Of a stretch of DNA of 64,000 nt, positions 1 to 14,249 are shown in pieces. Each line of letters opens with the position of its first letter. The stretch's first letter is position 1. The DNA is from Raillietiella orientalis (lineage: Eukaryota). The translations under genes and the position numbers were made by a program. The notes under the pieces were generated by a model that was not told the origin of the DNA, made no database searches, and worked only from the letters and a program-made list of their open reading frames with translations. The stretch is from the NCBI GenBank assembly GCA_036172245.1, contig JAYWIR010000010.1, positions 62,001 to 126,000 of the forward strand, read 5' to 3'.

Positions 1-3000
1 AATATATACTAATCCATCAGGACACACAAGATATAAATAATCGTAACAAAAGACCAATTAATATTTCTAATCAATACAACTCCAAAATAAAAGCTCTTAC
101 AACAAACCTAAGATTTCTAATTTGAAATTAAGACTTTTTTCGGAGATTTTAAAAAACCTTCTACTATTTTCTTTTTTTTGCAAACTGATAAGTTCCAATG
201 CAGTGGAGAATTTTAAACTTAAGAAACCAACACAAATACATTTGAAGTTCCCCTCCCTCTCTCCCAAAGGTCACATGATTTCACACATACTCACAGATTA
301 AGAAACACATTTGATCAAAATGCCCAACACATGAAACAATACCAGAGCACACTGGTTTTATTTCAAATATTCATATGAATTCATTCTGGAAAAACAATTT
401 AATAATCACTCTGAAAACTGCTTTTAAAAAATGTAGAAAACTCAAAATATTTGAAGAACTTTCTAATATACATTCATATTTTGTAGCTTTCAACAACACA
501 CTGAATTACTAGTAAAGACTGAATATTTGTCCAATGGTATGGTGCAAGCCACTTGTGCATGTATGTACTGCACAAACATGATTGAATCACATACCTTAAA
601 TGAAGTGATAACCGGAAAAAAATTCACAATAGAAACCCATTTCATTACTTTTAAATAACATTACAAAACAAGTTTCAACATTTCCACAAAAATATACACT
701 CAAAACCCGGCAAATTCTTACTAGAACACTGTGAAAAAGAAGGATCAAGTGAATTCAATACTAACTACTAATAGCAACAAGTTACTCTTTTTACAACAAG
801 CATACATGTGATTCAAATTAATGATCAAGAAAAAAGTTTCACTAATAAAGTATTTCTTTGATGTTTTGCACAAAAATTTTATAAAATAATAGGCCAAAAG
901 TTTTATAAAATTATGTGTTCACCAAGTTTAAAATGATTTCTACATGAGTACTGTTTGCAAAGCAGCCAGTATGATCTGTTATGACTTGTACTTCAAGATT
1001 TCACAAAAACTATTTCAAATTGGCTAATTTTTTTTTCATCCACAAACTAAGTTTAGAAACTTATATGATCAATCAGATATCAAATGCCCTTAAAAACTTA
1101 ACATGTTAAATAAATCAGTATCTTCAAATTACATCCAGTGTGACTTTTCAAATGAACAACACTGAATTCACAACTTTGGAAATACAGTGTACATTGGAAA
1201 TTTGTTGTCCTTTAATTTTTAGCTTTATCCAAATCATGTAAAACAATGAATCAATTGTGATTAAAAAAAAACAGCACAAAATGACTTTAAGTTATCCACG
1301 CTTAGTGAAAATTAAAGTATTAAGCTGATGAAGATGACTGCTTCTTATCCAGAAAAATCAGCATCTTACTTAGAAATTACCCAATTTGTTATTAAATTCA
1401 TAAATTCAAATCGATTATTTCTCCTATTTGAGAAATTCTTTTGTTAATAAAACAAATCTAATTTCTGTAATGGCTCTGTTGAATAGGAAATAAGCATACA
1501 CAACTTAGCAATAAAACTACAAATTAGGAAGAGCCTCTTTTGAAAATTCAAGGATTACATAATAATTTATTGGACAACAAAAAGATATAAAACTTCTGAC
1601 ACAATGCACAAATTAGAGCATACAATAAGAAACCAAAATTTTAATAACTTGCTACTACTTGGAATATCATCAGGAAAACCTTTTGGGGAAATGTTAAAAT
1701 AACAAAGGGATGAATAATATTTGGAAAGCAACACAGCAGAATGCACTATGCATTTCAAGTACACTGGATTACTAAACAATTAACCACATTCTTTAATGAC
1801 CAGCAATTATGGGTACTATTTACTATACAGACACAATTGCATCAAGCAAAAAGATATGCTACTTCCATCAACACCCCCAAAACACAGATGGATCTTAATA
1901 ACAGAATTCCATACAACATTAAACTGAGTTGTATGTAAATGGCTTAATTAAAATCATAAGATACAAGATTCTGCAAGTTAAAATGATGAGAAAAGAATCA
2001 GTTTTTTTTTAAAGCAAGTACTAATTGGAAAGTGAAAGGCACATACCATGAATGCACTTATGCCCTTACATAAAAACAATGTTGAAGACATCTAACTAGC
2101 TGCTCCATACAAACTGTTGTTGTTTTTACAATAATAACTTCAGCTTGCTTACATGAATTATAACTTCATATCAAAAATTATTTTGATGTAAATGATTCAA
2201 AAAAGCAAACAATTCTACTCTCAACCAAAAAAAGATGCAAATATGTAATCCACCAAATACAAAATGCATTATGGATAAAATGAATGAAAAACAATTATTA
2301 AACAAAATGCATTACACAGAGTATAAAAACACATAATGAAATAGTAAAACTTTTGATCTATTTTCATCCTAAAAATATTCACAGATGCAACTGTACATTC
2401 ACTGATATAACTGATTTCTGCTGCAACAGAAAAAATTAAAATAAGTTTTCATCAGTTTCCATATTGAATCAGTTGTCACATTCGACTCTTGACTATACTT
2501 GGAAATACCAAACGTTTAAAAGGAAAATGACAGTGAAATCATAAAAAATACCTAAGATATATATCACTCACAAAATAATTTGGGTGAGAAAGGTACCGAT
2601 CCATTTAAACATTATGAGAAAAACCGAAACACTGCTACTGGTCTCAAAATAGTGGTTCTCTTAAGTAGGAAGGATGGGTGCAAATGATACAAAAAAAGTA
2701 TACATATGTACTAAATATAATGTCCGCATCGAACAATGTTTATATTTTATATTCCATCAAAATTTCTGCTTTACTGTTGAGTGTAGCTACACACAGTTAA
2801 ATAGTTTGTCATGCAAACCATAATAAATTTCACAAATATTAAATGCAATCACACAATCACTTACACAATTAATCGAGATTATCTGATATTGTAGTACTTA
2901 TTCAAAGTTTTTATTAAAAGGTTCTCAACACCTGCAAGCAAATATATCCCTGGATCATAGAGTGACTGAATCATAAAACTTCATTCTCTATAGAACACTT

Positions 3001-6000
3001 ATCAATTAATTTAAATAAATACAGACTAAGTTTCATATTCACATATATGAAAACATTCATGTTTTTCGCCTTTTTTTTTTTTTCTTCCTATATTCCTGTT
3101 ACTTCATATTTCATACACAATCTTACTAAACCATAAAATTGGAATTCGGACTGTTCATAACTTGACTGAAATAGATTTTTTCATGTTTTTTTCAATATTA
3201 AAACCAATCTAAAATGATGATCAAGAATTGGGTGCATAATTCGATACTCTAATAATCATCATAATACTTCCTTTCCCAAAAACATACCAAAGAAGCATTG
3301 ATAACTAACAGAAAAATCAAATCAAATTGCATCTATTGTATCTTATTCTGATTTTTCTAAGCAACTGATAGAGTTTTAGATGATGCAAGATAAAAACCAA
3401 AGCTCAGGAAAAGCTTTATGAAAAAGAAACAGTTGACCAAGATTTAAAAACAGGCACAGATACAGAGAAAATATTTTTTATAAGAAAAAATATCGTATGA
3501 ACAGATGATAAATATCAGTAAACAGTACAAATTTAAAATGATCAAAAGCATCCAGATTTGATCAAACAGGAAAAAATCACGGTGAAGAAATCAACAATAC
3601 CGAACAGAAATGATGCTTTGAAGATATTTTGCTGTACATGCACAATTATATAAAAAATGTAAATGAATGCAATCCTTATGGTACTATTTCAAACAAACTG
3701 ACACACATTGTCAAGAAGATAATTTCCACATTCATCAAAGAATGATTAACATAACCAACATACTTGAATTTACCTACAGATCATAAGAATGTTAACCATT
3801 TTGTGCATGCTTTAGCTATTTCTTTGTAATTTTTGCATATATTTCACAGGATTGCTTATTCAAGAACATCAAGAAATGTTTAAAAATAAGATCCTTCTTA
3901 CACTTTAAATGCAATTTGACTACATTAGAAGTCATTTATTTACTTCAAATGCTCAAACCATATAGATCACTTGCATATTTCTTTATCGGTAGTTGAACTT
4001 GAACATTTTATCTTAAATCTAAATTTCAGTTCTAATATAAATCTCTAACAGGCATGCTAAGTCAATAAACGCACACTCCAAAGTTTGCATATTTCATTCC
4101 TTTGTGTTTTTGTAAAACTGAAATTCACTGCTTTCAAGTAAAAGTTTTGTTTCAAAATCCAAAATGTTTCATTTTTCTAAATAGATTATCAAATTTCAAT
4201 GCATAGCGTGAAATTGGTATGACTTAAACTTAATGCTATACACATATTTCTTAATAAATTGAAATTATGACTTTCAAGTAAAAAAACTTTACAAGCAAGT
4301 AATTACATAACTTTTAACTTTTGAGTAAACATTACTTTACAATTTGACTGGCAAACACTCAGCAAACAGGCAACATACTGTGCACATGGCATACCACATA
4401 CAAGTAATAGAAGCTGAAAAAAATACATGAGTAAATAAATCCCCATTTGTCAACCTATATGTTGTTTGTATAGGCAGATATAACCATAACAAGGGCATGA
4501 CAAAAATCATTTACCTTACAAAAACAATGGTTTGAAATAATCACAAACTGTTTATTTCAAATTCAACAATTTTAAGAACAGTCCAGAACAAATGGATTAA
4601 TAGTAGCGAAATAAACAAAAAATTAAATATTGTTAAAAAAAGAAAATAGACTGGCTTCTACATTCGTTACTTGAACGAACTTCAAATGGAAACATTTAAA
4701 AAATCACTTTTTTGGGGAGATCGAAAACAATTAAATGGTCATCTCGGCTGACTATAGTTTTAACTCTAGCTTAAAACAGAATGTAGCCTTTTTCGACTCC
4801 CATTCGAATTAATTTTCAGCCATTAGTACATAGCGCCTAAAAAACAAAGAAAGCAAGTCTGAAAAGTTTATAACTTATTTATAAAACTGCTGTCAATGTC
4901 AATTACACTGAATGTAATCATACATAGCCAAAGTTTTTCTCAGATAATATGTATACTTTGATCAATTTATTACTGTATCTTAGTACAAATAGAGCAAAAA
5001 TAGATGATATTTTTTCCCTATTTGTACTGAGGCACACGATTAACAGGATTAATCTCATGTTGGCATCCTTATAAGATTATCCTTAATATAAGATTTAATA
5101 TATCACGAATTCAACTTCCGAAATAATGTTATAATGCGAACTGTAACTTTTGATGCAGTAACACATTAGGAAAAACTTTTATAAATGTTTTAGACTTTTA
5201 GTGCCTAATGTGTATAGCTACAGAGAAACATAACCGAATACACTGAAACAACCTTCTTGCGAGAATACATAATTATACCTGGATTTTCAATAAAAAGGGT
5301 TGCTTTAAGTTTTTAGACAATTTAATGTTCTATCCTAGGAGTATTCATGTGCATCTTCTGGTTAAATAAGCAAATAGCGAAGGCATTATTTCACACATCA
5401 ATGAAATGAATGTTACAATTACATTGTTTTTTCAAGAAAAACTGCAACCTTTAACTAAAACTAGATTAACTTCACATGCGAATCATGCGTTTGATTGAAG
5501 CATGAGGAAGTAACTGCAGGAATGCCAGATCAAATATAGAACAATAAAATGTGATAAGTAGGTCTCAATATATAATTGATTTTTGAGTATACAAAGATAC
5601 AAACATGAAGAATGGATTCGGACCAAACTAATGAATAAATTTTTTCTTACCATGAAAATGTGATTGATTTTTAAATCAGATCCCAAGAGACGTTTTCAAA
5701 AACCAAATGACTTTTTCTCTCGAGGAAGGTGCAATAATTATTTCAAGAAACTCATGTTTTAACTTTCATTCCAAAGGTTTGGAAATAGATGGAACATCAC
5801 TTCTTTTGTGGCATATCTTTTACAAGAGTATGCATTTTCAATATAGGCTTTTCTTTTGCATAATGAATTCAATATTAGCGAAATAAAATAGTCTATTTCG
5901 TAATAATCGTCTATTAATCATCCTTTTCCAGTAATTAAATAAAAATTAGATAGAATAAATTAATTAGTAGTAACACTTTTGGACATTGATAATTTTTTCT

Positions 6001-7699
6001 GTTTACATAAAGATCTAATACAACCGGAATTTAGCACGATTTTTACTTTAAGACACAAAACCAAAGTAAGTCTACATTATTGACATAACCAATTTCACGA
6101 AACAGCTAATTCTTTGATAGCACATTAACTAATTTAACATGAAAATCAAGGAGAAACTATTGTTTTGCCTATTCCTTATTTTATTTTAATATTGAGATGA
6201 ATTAATGGACATGGTCATTGAACATGATGATATCAATCAAGTGAGGTCTTTTAGAATTTTCAAACGTGAAATAGTTTCTGAATTGAAAATAAGAATTCCG
6301 TATATGCCTTTGATCTTTTTAAAAGAAATTCAAAGAGATATATGGCAAAAGTGGAAAGGCAAAAAGTATAATACTAACAGATACAGTAGTTATGCATTGA
6401 TTATGTTAACAGTACATCTCAAAAATTAGCACTGTTTGCAATTGAATAGAAAACTACCTTTTCTCTAATTGTGCGAAAATTTCATGAGATAAAAAAATAA
6501 GCTGAAATTATATCAACAAGAGGCTTATTCTATGTCAAAGTAAAGACTGAAAAATTAATAGACATCAATCATAAGTGCATAAGTACAAAAACGTATGGTA
6601 AGTATATATATTTTTTTAGAAAAACTTGTTTTTTTAGATTAAGAAAATCATTTTAGCAGAAAAAACATAGACAGAGACCATTCAAACCACGGAAATGCTA
6701 GTACATCCTCTGCAGTGAAGTCGAATTACAAGTGTTGGCAGATCATGCAAAAAAAAATCGGAAGCACATAATGGAAATTTATTAATGTGGTTAATATGTC
6801 AGCTGTTTTTCAGACACTGAAGCTTTCAGGTATTTCACAGTAATTAATGGGAAAACGCTTTCAAATTGTGTTCAACTCTGAAGAAAGTTCACAAAAGAAT
6901 CTCTAATGTAAAACACAAGATTTCTAGGCTACACCTGTTTTCATAATTTTCCGAAGGAATTTTTGGTATCCTGACAAGTGTTTAATGATGTTTATCTATT
7001 TCTCTTGATGTTCACACATCACAGTTCTTTTATTCTCCTTATTTGCGAATTTTACAATGGCATTTAAGAAATAATCACAATATTATTTACAATATACTGT
7101 TCTAAGCACGATGCTCACTTCGTACGTATATTTTCTTCTCCAACTACTTCTATCTTAACGGGGATCTCGTGTCCTCGCATCCCCATTTCTCCGTAGCATA
7201 TGTTGGAACGTTGCTATGGGGATGTATTCATATCTGTTGACAGCTGCCTCTTTCTTTATTAGGTGTTCTGCCACGTTCTTTTCTGCTGTCCATTTTCCTT
7301 TTATGATGATTGTCCTCCTGATCCGTACTGTTGCGATGAAGAAGGCTAAGTACATTAGCAAAAGTGAATTGTACCTTGGAACAGCCTTGGACTTCAAACT
7401 ACTACTTTTAGGATGTTTTTTGGGCCCTTCCTATTAAAGTTGCTGTATTTCTTACAGATATCACCTTGCAAGCTTGAGCAGTTGAAGTGTAACTCCCTTT
7501 CTACTTCATTCGAAGTCGTAACAACATTCTTCTCTCGGATTTTGCACCCAGCTTCTCAATGTCACTTTGCATTGCAAAGTTGAGCAAGTAATTTTCCCAT
7601 TTCATCATCAGAATTTCTAGATATTTCACTATTTCTTCTAGTTCAGAACCTTGAACCTCAAGTTTTGCTTTTTCGACTTTCATTTCCATTAAACTAGAT

Positions 7700-8480
7700 T
7701 TGCACGCATTAATCTTTAGTCCATGCTCTCATGGTTCTCTCAATTTGTTTTTTTTTTTTGTCCATACAAGTATTTGCTGATCTTCCTGATCCCACAACAT
7801 GAATAAGAGGTCATCACCGTAGGCATCATGGTCATCATCATCATCTTTGAATTGATGATCATCTGTTTTGATTCCTTTTGGCTTCGTTATCTTTTTCACT
7901 ACAATGCTTAGTGCTTTCATACAGATTAAAAATGACAGTGGACTCTGTTCATCTCCTGGACCCATGCTCCCCTTTCTGTGAGCGTTTTCGAAGCAACTTC
8001 CGTTAATTTGTACTCTGAACTTCAAATGAGTCACGAATTCTATTATGAATCTTTATTTTTGTAGTATTCTACTGAGCATCTCACGATATCTTTCCCATAC
8101 TCGAGTGAACTCTAGCAGCAGCTTCTTCTTCAGCTTATGGCTTGTTATGATCTCTATGCCTCTCAAGGTACCTGGCATCACAGTGTCGGCTAGTAAGTTT
8201 CATCCTGTGTTCACTCTTTCAGGTTTTTTGCCTGGAATATTTTCTCATATTGCTGTTGGAAGATTTGCATGATGTCTTCCGTTTGATTCCGCATCAAACC
8301 TCCGTACCTATTTAAAAAAGACCTTAACACATTCTTCATTACCATCTTTTACTCTTCGGTTCACGCCTCTTCTTTTCCATCACAGCTAGAATTTGTCCGG
8401 TGTATTGTGAACGACTGCCATTTCTTTTCAAGTCTCTCATCTGAGCCATTTTGATCAGTACTGTGAATACGTGTATCGTG
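7700..8480 (-). pseudogene. Highly degenerate non-LTR retrotransposon RT fragment
   Basis: ORF 7729-8034 has GPGDEQSPLSF (cf. G.RQGD.LSPLLF) and AYGDDLL (cf. YADD). Confidence 0.55.
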
Positions 8481-8699
8481 CTTCAGGGAGTGTCCCAGTC
8501 TTCAAGATCCTGTGTCCCTGTACCTGCTCATATTACGTCATAGTAGACCGGGTATGTGGTGGTACCAGACTGTGCGCTCTGCAACTTTTCGTGGATTTTT
8601 TTTTTCTTCTATTGCTGATTGATTGTTCCTGCAAGTTCATGATGCATCTAATGTCCCTTCCACTTATTTCTTTCATTTTCTCTTATAATCATACTGAGG

Positions 8700-9860
8700 T
8701 CGTCAGTGATTAATTATCCCGTACTTCACAACAGGGAAACCCAGAGGTGGATATTTCAGAGACCAGCAACGACCATTGGCGATTGCGAACAGTCTGCAGC
8801 TAGTAGTAACGTTCACAGAATGCGACTGTTTCGCTACACGCAAATGATGAAAGGAAAATTTACACGTAAGACGCGAGAGCTTTGGAAGCATCAGGCATCC
8901 AATGCATGAGTCCTGACAACCAAGGATAATATCCGCGAAACACTAAGAGAAAGTTATAGGGAGGGCGACGTCCTTGCCATGGCTGTCAGCCTCTATGAGA
9001 ATAGGACAGTGAATCTGCAAGTAGTCGGATCTACACTTCACAAGAGTGATCTACCACTGGACACTCAAGAAGACCTCCTTCTGTTCCGCCACGGAGGAAT
9101 CCTGAGTGGAAGTAGAACAAAGCACTGAACCGGAAACAGCATGGATGAACTTTGCAAAGCATGTGGCGACAAGGAAACTCAGCTTCATGTACTCTCATCC
9201 CCGATTGTGCGATTGGCGCACGCCGAAAGCAGTGATTGGATTGCAGAGGACTCCAAAGATGAAAATACTGCAGGAAATGTTTGATGGGATCGGAAACGTT
9301 CCCAAATACAATCGTATGGTCCGAACAACCATCACCTCATTTATCACGATTGTCATGATAAGTATGAAAAACAGAAAAATGCGGGATGACAGCATACTGC
9401 AAGGAGTAATTAAAGGGGAAATAGGAATTAGGATATGAGGCAGGATGACTGCTTGGACGTATCGCTACATTTTGAAGATAGCGGAGGTGGTCCAAGTGAT
9501 TGAGCTGCCCTCTAGCTCCTATAACCCTAACGAAATTGTGGACTATCAATCTTACGTGTGGGCGTCATGTCTTTGTCCTCGGTGGTGAACCCGAAATGGA
9601 AGTACCTGTCCAAGAAAAGGGACCGGCGAACTTGTGGTAGATGCCGAAAGGCCTGCAGAGGGATCAGAAGGTATCGGAGACACTTTTCAGGTTCCTTCGA
9701 TGCTCCGCCAAAGCAGAGCTTGACTTGAGTGCTGTTAGAAAGTTCATCGTTCGGTACCTCCTTAACATGCTTCAGCCCACATTCGGAGGTGTCGTCAACA
9801 GCAATGCAGTTCTTTATACTCGGTCACTCATGAAAGTTTGTTGCAGTTGCTAGCAGTAAA
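8700..9860 (+). pseudogene. Possible degenerate non-LTR RT remnant
   Basis: Frameshifted GIRI..QDDC-like and KYL-like segments near 9420-9610; weak. Confidence 0.3.
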
Positions 9861-9899
9861 ACATTCAAAAAGAAATTTTCTTTTTCTAATGCAAGTTAG

Positions 9900-10700
9900 G
9901 ACTCTAGGTTCTAACAAAGTCTTAATAATTCTGGAGGAACTGCCGAAAAGCCGGCTAGAGCTATAGTGAGATCTGTTATGGGGGGCGAGAGAGAAACAAC
10001 AAATAAAGCGAAAAAATCTTTATTTGAGGAGGGGTAGGAGAGAGGTTCACAGGTAGTCTTTTGGTGACCCCTGCATCCTTTGAAGGATTCTGGAAAGTTC
10101 CCCCTTTAATTCCGTCAGATGGGGTCAGCTTGTACACCTCAAGGAGGTCGTCATAAGGTTAGCGTCGCTACCAGTGCTGTCCTCTTTCAGAGGCGCTTCA
10201 TACCGCTCTATGCCACGGGGTTCTCAAAGAGCAGAGGCAGGAGACCTTGCACTCAGCATAAAGATATGCTTCAAAACACTCCATAATGTTCCCTTGGGAG
10301 AAAGAAGGCCGTCTCAAAACACTCTTATACGTACCGCCGCGCAACACAATCTGCTATCAGGTAGGAGAAGGATGCCACATCTCTTAGCCTGGCACAGTTC
10401 GGGCCACATTCCCAGGGGAACAGAGAGAGCTGCATGGGCGACTCCAGTGCAGAAGCAGCATCTCTGATCCCTGCCACCTCAGAGAAAGTATGAATTTCTC
10501 CATTAGCATCGTGGAGGTCTCCAGGTGTTCAAGGGGAACTCCCAGGAGCTCCTCCCAGAGGAGTGATCCGTTAGGACGCGCACTTGAGTTCGCTGCCTTC
10601 GGCAAGTTGATGCGCTGGCCAGACATCCAGGAATGTCTTGTTGCTGAGATTTCGCAGGTCACCTCTCACCCTGGAGGTGGGAAAGTGTAGGGGGTTCTTA
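9900..10700 (-). mobile_element. Tx1-like element, 3' fragment (ORF2 C-terminus and 3' UTR)
   Basis: NLPKAANSSARPNGSLLWEELLGVPLEHL matches LADAATPSVPPNGIRRWGELLG of the intact ORF2s in this window. Confidence 0.7.
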
Positions 10701-11984
10701 GACTTTTGGCTAAGATCAAAGTATTGGTGCTGAGCAAAATCCGGAACGCCGGAATTTCGAACCATCAAAATCCCGAAAGATCATAAAAAATAAACACATA
10801 TGCGTATTCTACATAGATTAATAGGCAAATTTATTTTAATATGCATGGCTATTCATATTTATTAACATACATATCATTAACAGTAATATTATTGGAACAG
10901 ATATATTAACATTTATTAAATTTTAAGATTAAGCTATTAAAATTTTTAAATTATCATTTTATTGATATAGTTAATTAGTTGTTTATATTGTTCACATATA
11001 TATATAAGACCTTAGAAAATCAACATATACACTTATCATGTAAATAAATATTTATAGTTAATATAAATATATATATATAATATCAGGACGTGCATAAATA
11101 TAGATATTCATTCATAGAATAACTATACACATGTATTTTTCATTATCTTTGTAATATATATTAATCTATATTGAAATGTACATGTACATATAATAAACAT
11201 GCATATTTTAATATTCTTCCATATGCATATCAAAATATAATCAAGAACTTATTAATTTTATTAATAAAACATATGTCACGGAATCTTAATGAATATTCCA
11301 GCAATATTCCTGCTAACAATTTGTGTGTTGATAAATATACCGCCCCGAGAATCGCCACGTGACGGTGCCGGAGGACGGTCATCCCGTCTACGACGAGGCG
11401 GATGGGCAGAAAGACGACCTCGCCTCCGTCCCGAAACCAAGGGAGGAGCCTCCCGGATTTCGGGACGGCTATGAGGACGACGCAGCACAGAAGCCCGGTG
11501 GTCCTCCCTCCCTTATTCCCCGAGGCGATGGACGTCTGCGCTCGGAATTTCGCCACACTGCGTATATACATTTATTTATTTTCATCCCCATCTCTCTCTT
11601 AACCCCTTCCTATTGATCGCGTTTTTCTCTTGGCCACCAATCCGCGTGTGTACGTTCCCCGGCTCGTGCCCCTAAGGCACGTGAATGTATGTTTGCCGAA
11701 GTTGATGACCTCTTTGGCATCTGCAGAGGTCTAAGACGCACGAACTAAACCTTTTCATCCTCCAAGACGCATGGAGGGATGCACTAGACCACTGGATCTC
11801 ATTAGAGAACGCGTTCTTCGCTGTTTGAAAAATCTCAAGTGGAAATGGTTGCCGTGGCGATACGGGCAACGTTGCTTCTGGTCAGCAACTGATGTCGGAA
11901 AACTCCTGTTGACTCGCAGACCATGCTCATCTGCGAAACCATGTGAAAAAGGACCTGCCTATTTTGAATGAATGTCTCGGAGGT

Positions 11985-13000
11985 GACATTTTCATCAAGG
12001 ATAGCCGGGACATTTATTTTAAAGAATGAAGCAAACCCACATGGCCATAGATCGAACCAAAACGGACTGCCCACGTAGGGGAGAGGACTAGGGAGGATTG
12101 GAGAGAGAAAAGGTGGGAGCAATGAATCAATAAATAAATCAGGAATGGTATGAGCTGGTCTCACGGCAGTCTGCTTGATTCCCGAAGATCTGCGTCAGGA
12201 CAAGGAAGGGACGGAGAAGAAAGGGTGGGAGCACCCTCACTTGTTTCGGGTCAGCTTGCCCACAAGCGCCGACCTCACCTCCCAGACTGGACCATTCTAC
12301 CGTTTCTCGCATGCACGCGGTGTCGGTCGCCAAAGGACCTCCGGGATATCATTTTCATTCCTCCTTCCACATTTTGGCGGTCAACGCTGCTCGTCCGTGA
12401 CGGAGTGTCGTCAGCGAAGAGGCGACTTGCAGGCCAAGAGAAGTGGGCATCTCTCAAAAGACAGCTTCTGAAACGGCACCGTGGAGCCGAAGTCCCTTCC
12501 ATCCCTGACGCAGCGTCCTGCGTCCTAATAACACGCGCGGGAGCGTTCCCAACGTCGCTCAGTGAGCATCTCTTGGACACTCTCCCCACTGAGGTGTGGT
12601 GGCGTCCCTCGCTTAGGAAGAATGTCCAGAGGACCAGCACGATGTCATCTGCCAGTGCCTAAGAGGAAGGACCGAATCGTCGACCAGGAGTCACAAGATC
12701 TCGAAGTTCTCCCAAGGGATTTTTAGAGACATCATTGGGGACACTAAGCTGGAACCTTAGGATTGGCCTCGACCTCAAGACGAAAAGATTTCGGCAAATC
12801 AGAACGGTTGATGAACCAAAGAAATACAGCAAGTAACCTCTCAGGCTGCAGGAACAACGTCTTCTCCCCCATACCAACGATGAAATGGCGGACGAACGGC
12901 ATCATTCGTGCTCCCACGCCGAGATCTGGGTAAAAGACTAACATTATCCACCATCCTTGTAAAGGGTTCTCTCCCGACAACGGAGGCACTACTGTTGCAC
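11985..13000 (-). mobile_element. Tx1-like element, degenerate 3' portion
   Basis: LVLWTFFLSEGRHHTSVGRVSKRC resembles VLWGLPFKARLHHTTRGAVDPNC; 3' motif AATAAATGTCCCGG on the minus strand near 11990-12020. Confidence 0.65.
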
Positions 13001-13177
13001 AGGGTTGCACTTTACAATTGCAAACACGTTCCCAGTTTTAAACACGGAGCGGCAGGGTTTAAATCTCTTCTGCTGGCCATTTGACCATAGTCTGTGTATA
13101 TTCCTTCACCAGCGAAGGACTCCCATAAGAACATTACTAGGCGAGGCAGCTTCTGCAAGCTCGCTCGTACTCCAGTC

Positions 13178-14220
13178 GCCCATGGGACGAGTTGATACTG
13201 CGATCGGGAGGGCGCCCTCACATCCCACCGGAAGGCAACTGTCGTCTCTGCCCACGAAAGCAGAAAGTCTATTCTGTCATTCGCGATAAGCGCAATGAGC
13301 GTGTGCTACGCTACGGAATGCGTGCACTGATCGGTATGGTGATGGAGCACAGGAAGGATCCGCGCACAAGTACGAGGTACTTGCGGATATTTCCGGAAAC
13401 GGAACACGCGCGCCTTGGATGGTCACAACGTGCAAGCTACGAAAGACTACCGCCAGACGGAACGGGAAAAGAGGAAACCAACGAACGGGGTGAATTGTTC
13501 GCGAGAATCGGAAAAAGGGAAAATCAAGCCAAAGTGGGAGTGCGGGCGTGCGAGAAACGCTCCCGTTCGCACTTTTCCGCGCATGAGCGTGCACCGAACC
13601 AGGATGAAGTGGCACTCGCCAAACGCATTGCTCGAGAGTCTGCGCACTCGATTGTGTGACGTCGGCATGGTCACCTCTCAGTTCGGCAACGATTCCCGTT
13701 GCTTAGCAAAGGAGATTTTTCCTGACGGAAGAACTTGCTGTGTGCTGCTTGCGAATTCGGTTGTTGTCGGATCGACTCGCGCATTTCGTGGAAGAGATCG
13801 CAACTCGGAGTATCGTACTGCTGCTGAATCCAGAGCTTATCTACTTGTGCATCGCTTGTGAATTCGGAAGTTCGTAGCGGAAAGCGAATCTCAACAGGAA
13901 GTAATTCGCATCCCTACGAATCCGGAACTTGGGATTCGGTTCCGAAACCAATCAAAAAGCGAGTCTTATCGCATGTAGTCTTCCTGTTACCCCCAAAAAA
14001 CACATCTCGCCTATCATGTCACCGAGTTATTACCGTTCTGTCAACCCAGAAAACCCAGTGGCTGCAAGGTAGCAGGAAAGCAGATCCAGAAACACAGCTG
14101 AGCACCGGTAAGAGGAATGCAAGGCCCATGTGAATGTCTAAAATCCTGTGACGCACGTGTGACGCAGCTAGTGATTCGTAGCATGCTCACGACTTCCAGG
14201 TCGAGTCCCTCGCTAATGGG
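13178..14220. repeat. Direct segmental duplication of about 22875-24500 (this copy has an internal deletion)
   Basis: Long near-identical stretches; translated DSRCLAKEIFPDGRTCCVLLANSVVVGSTRAFRGRDRNSEYRTAAES occurs in both copies. Confidence 0.9.
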
Positions 14221-14249
14221 AAATGTATACAGCCTGTATTGGGATCTCG

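Noticed and set aside
4979..5212. Short inverted repeats (CTTAGTACAAATAG/CTATTTGTACTGAG; ACACATTAGG/CCTAATGTGT)
   Set aside because: Arms of 10-14 bp in AT-rich DNA, with no TSD or second copy seen; insufficient to call a MITE.
1..7100. Short ORFs and a possible decayed integrase-like stretch near 3550-4100
   Set aside because: AT-rich with no continuous frame or convincing motif; not supportable by eye.
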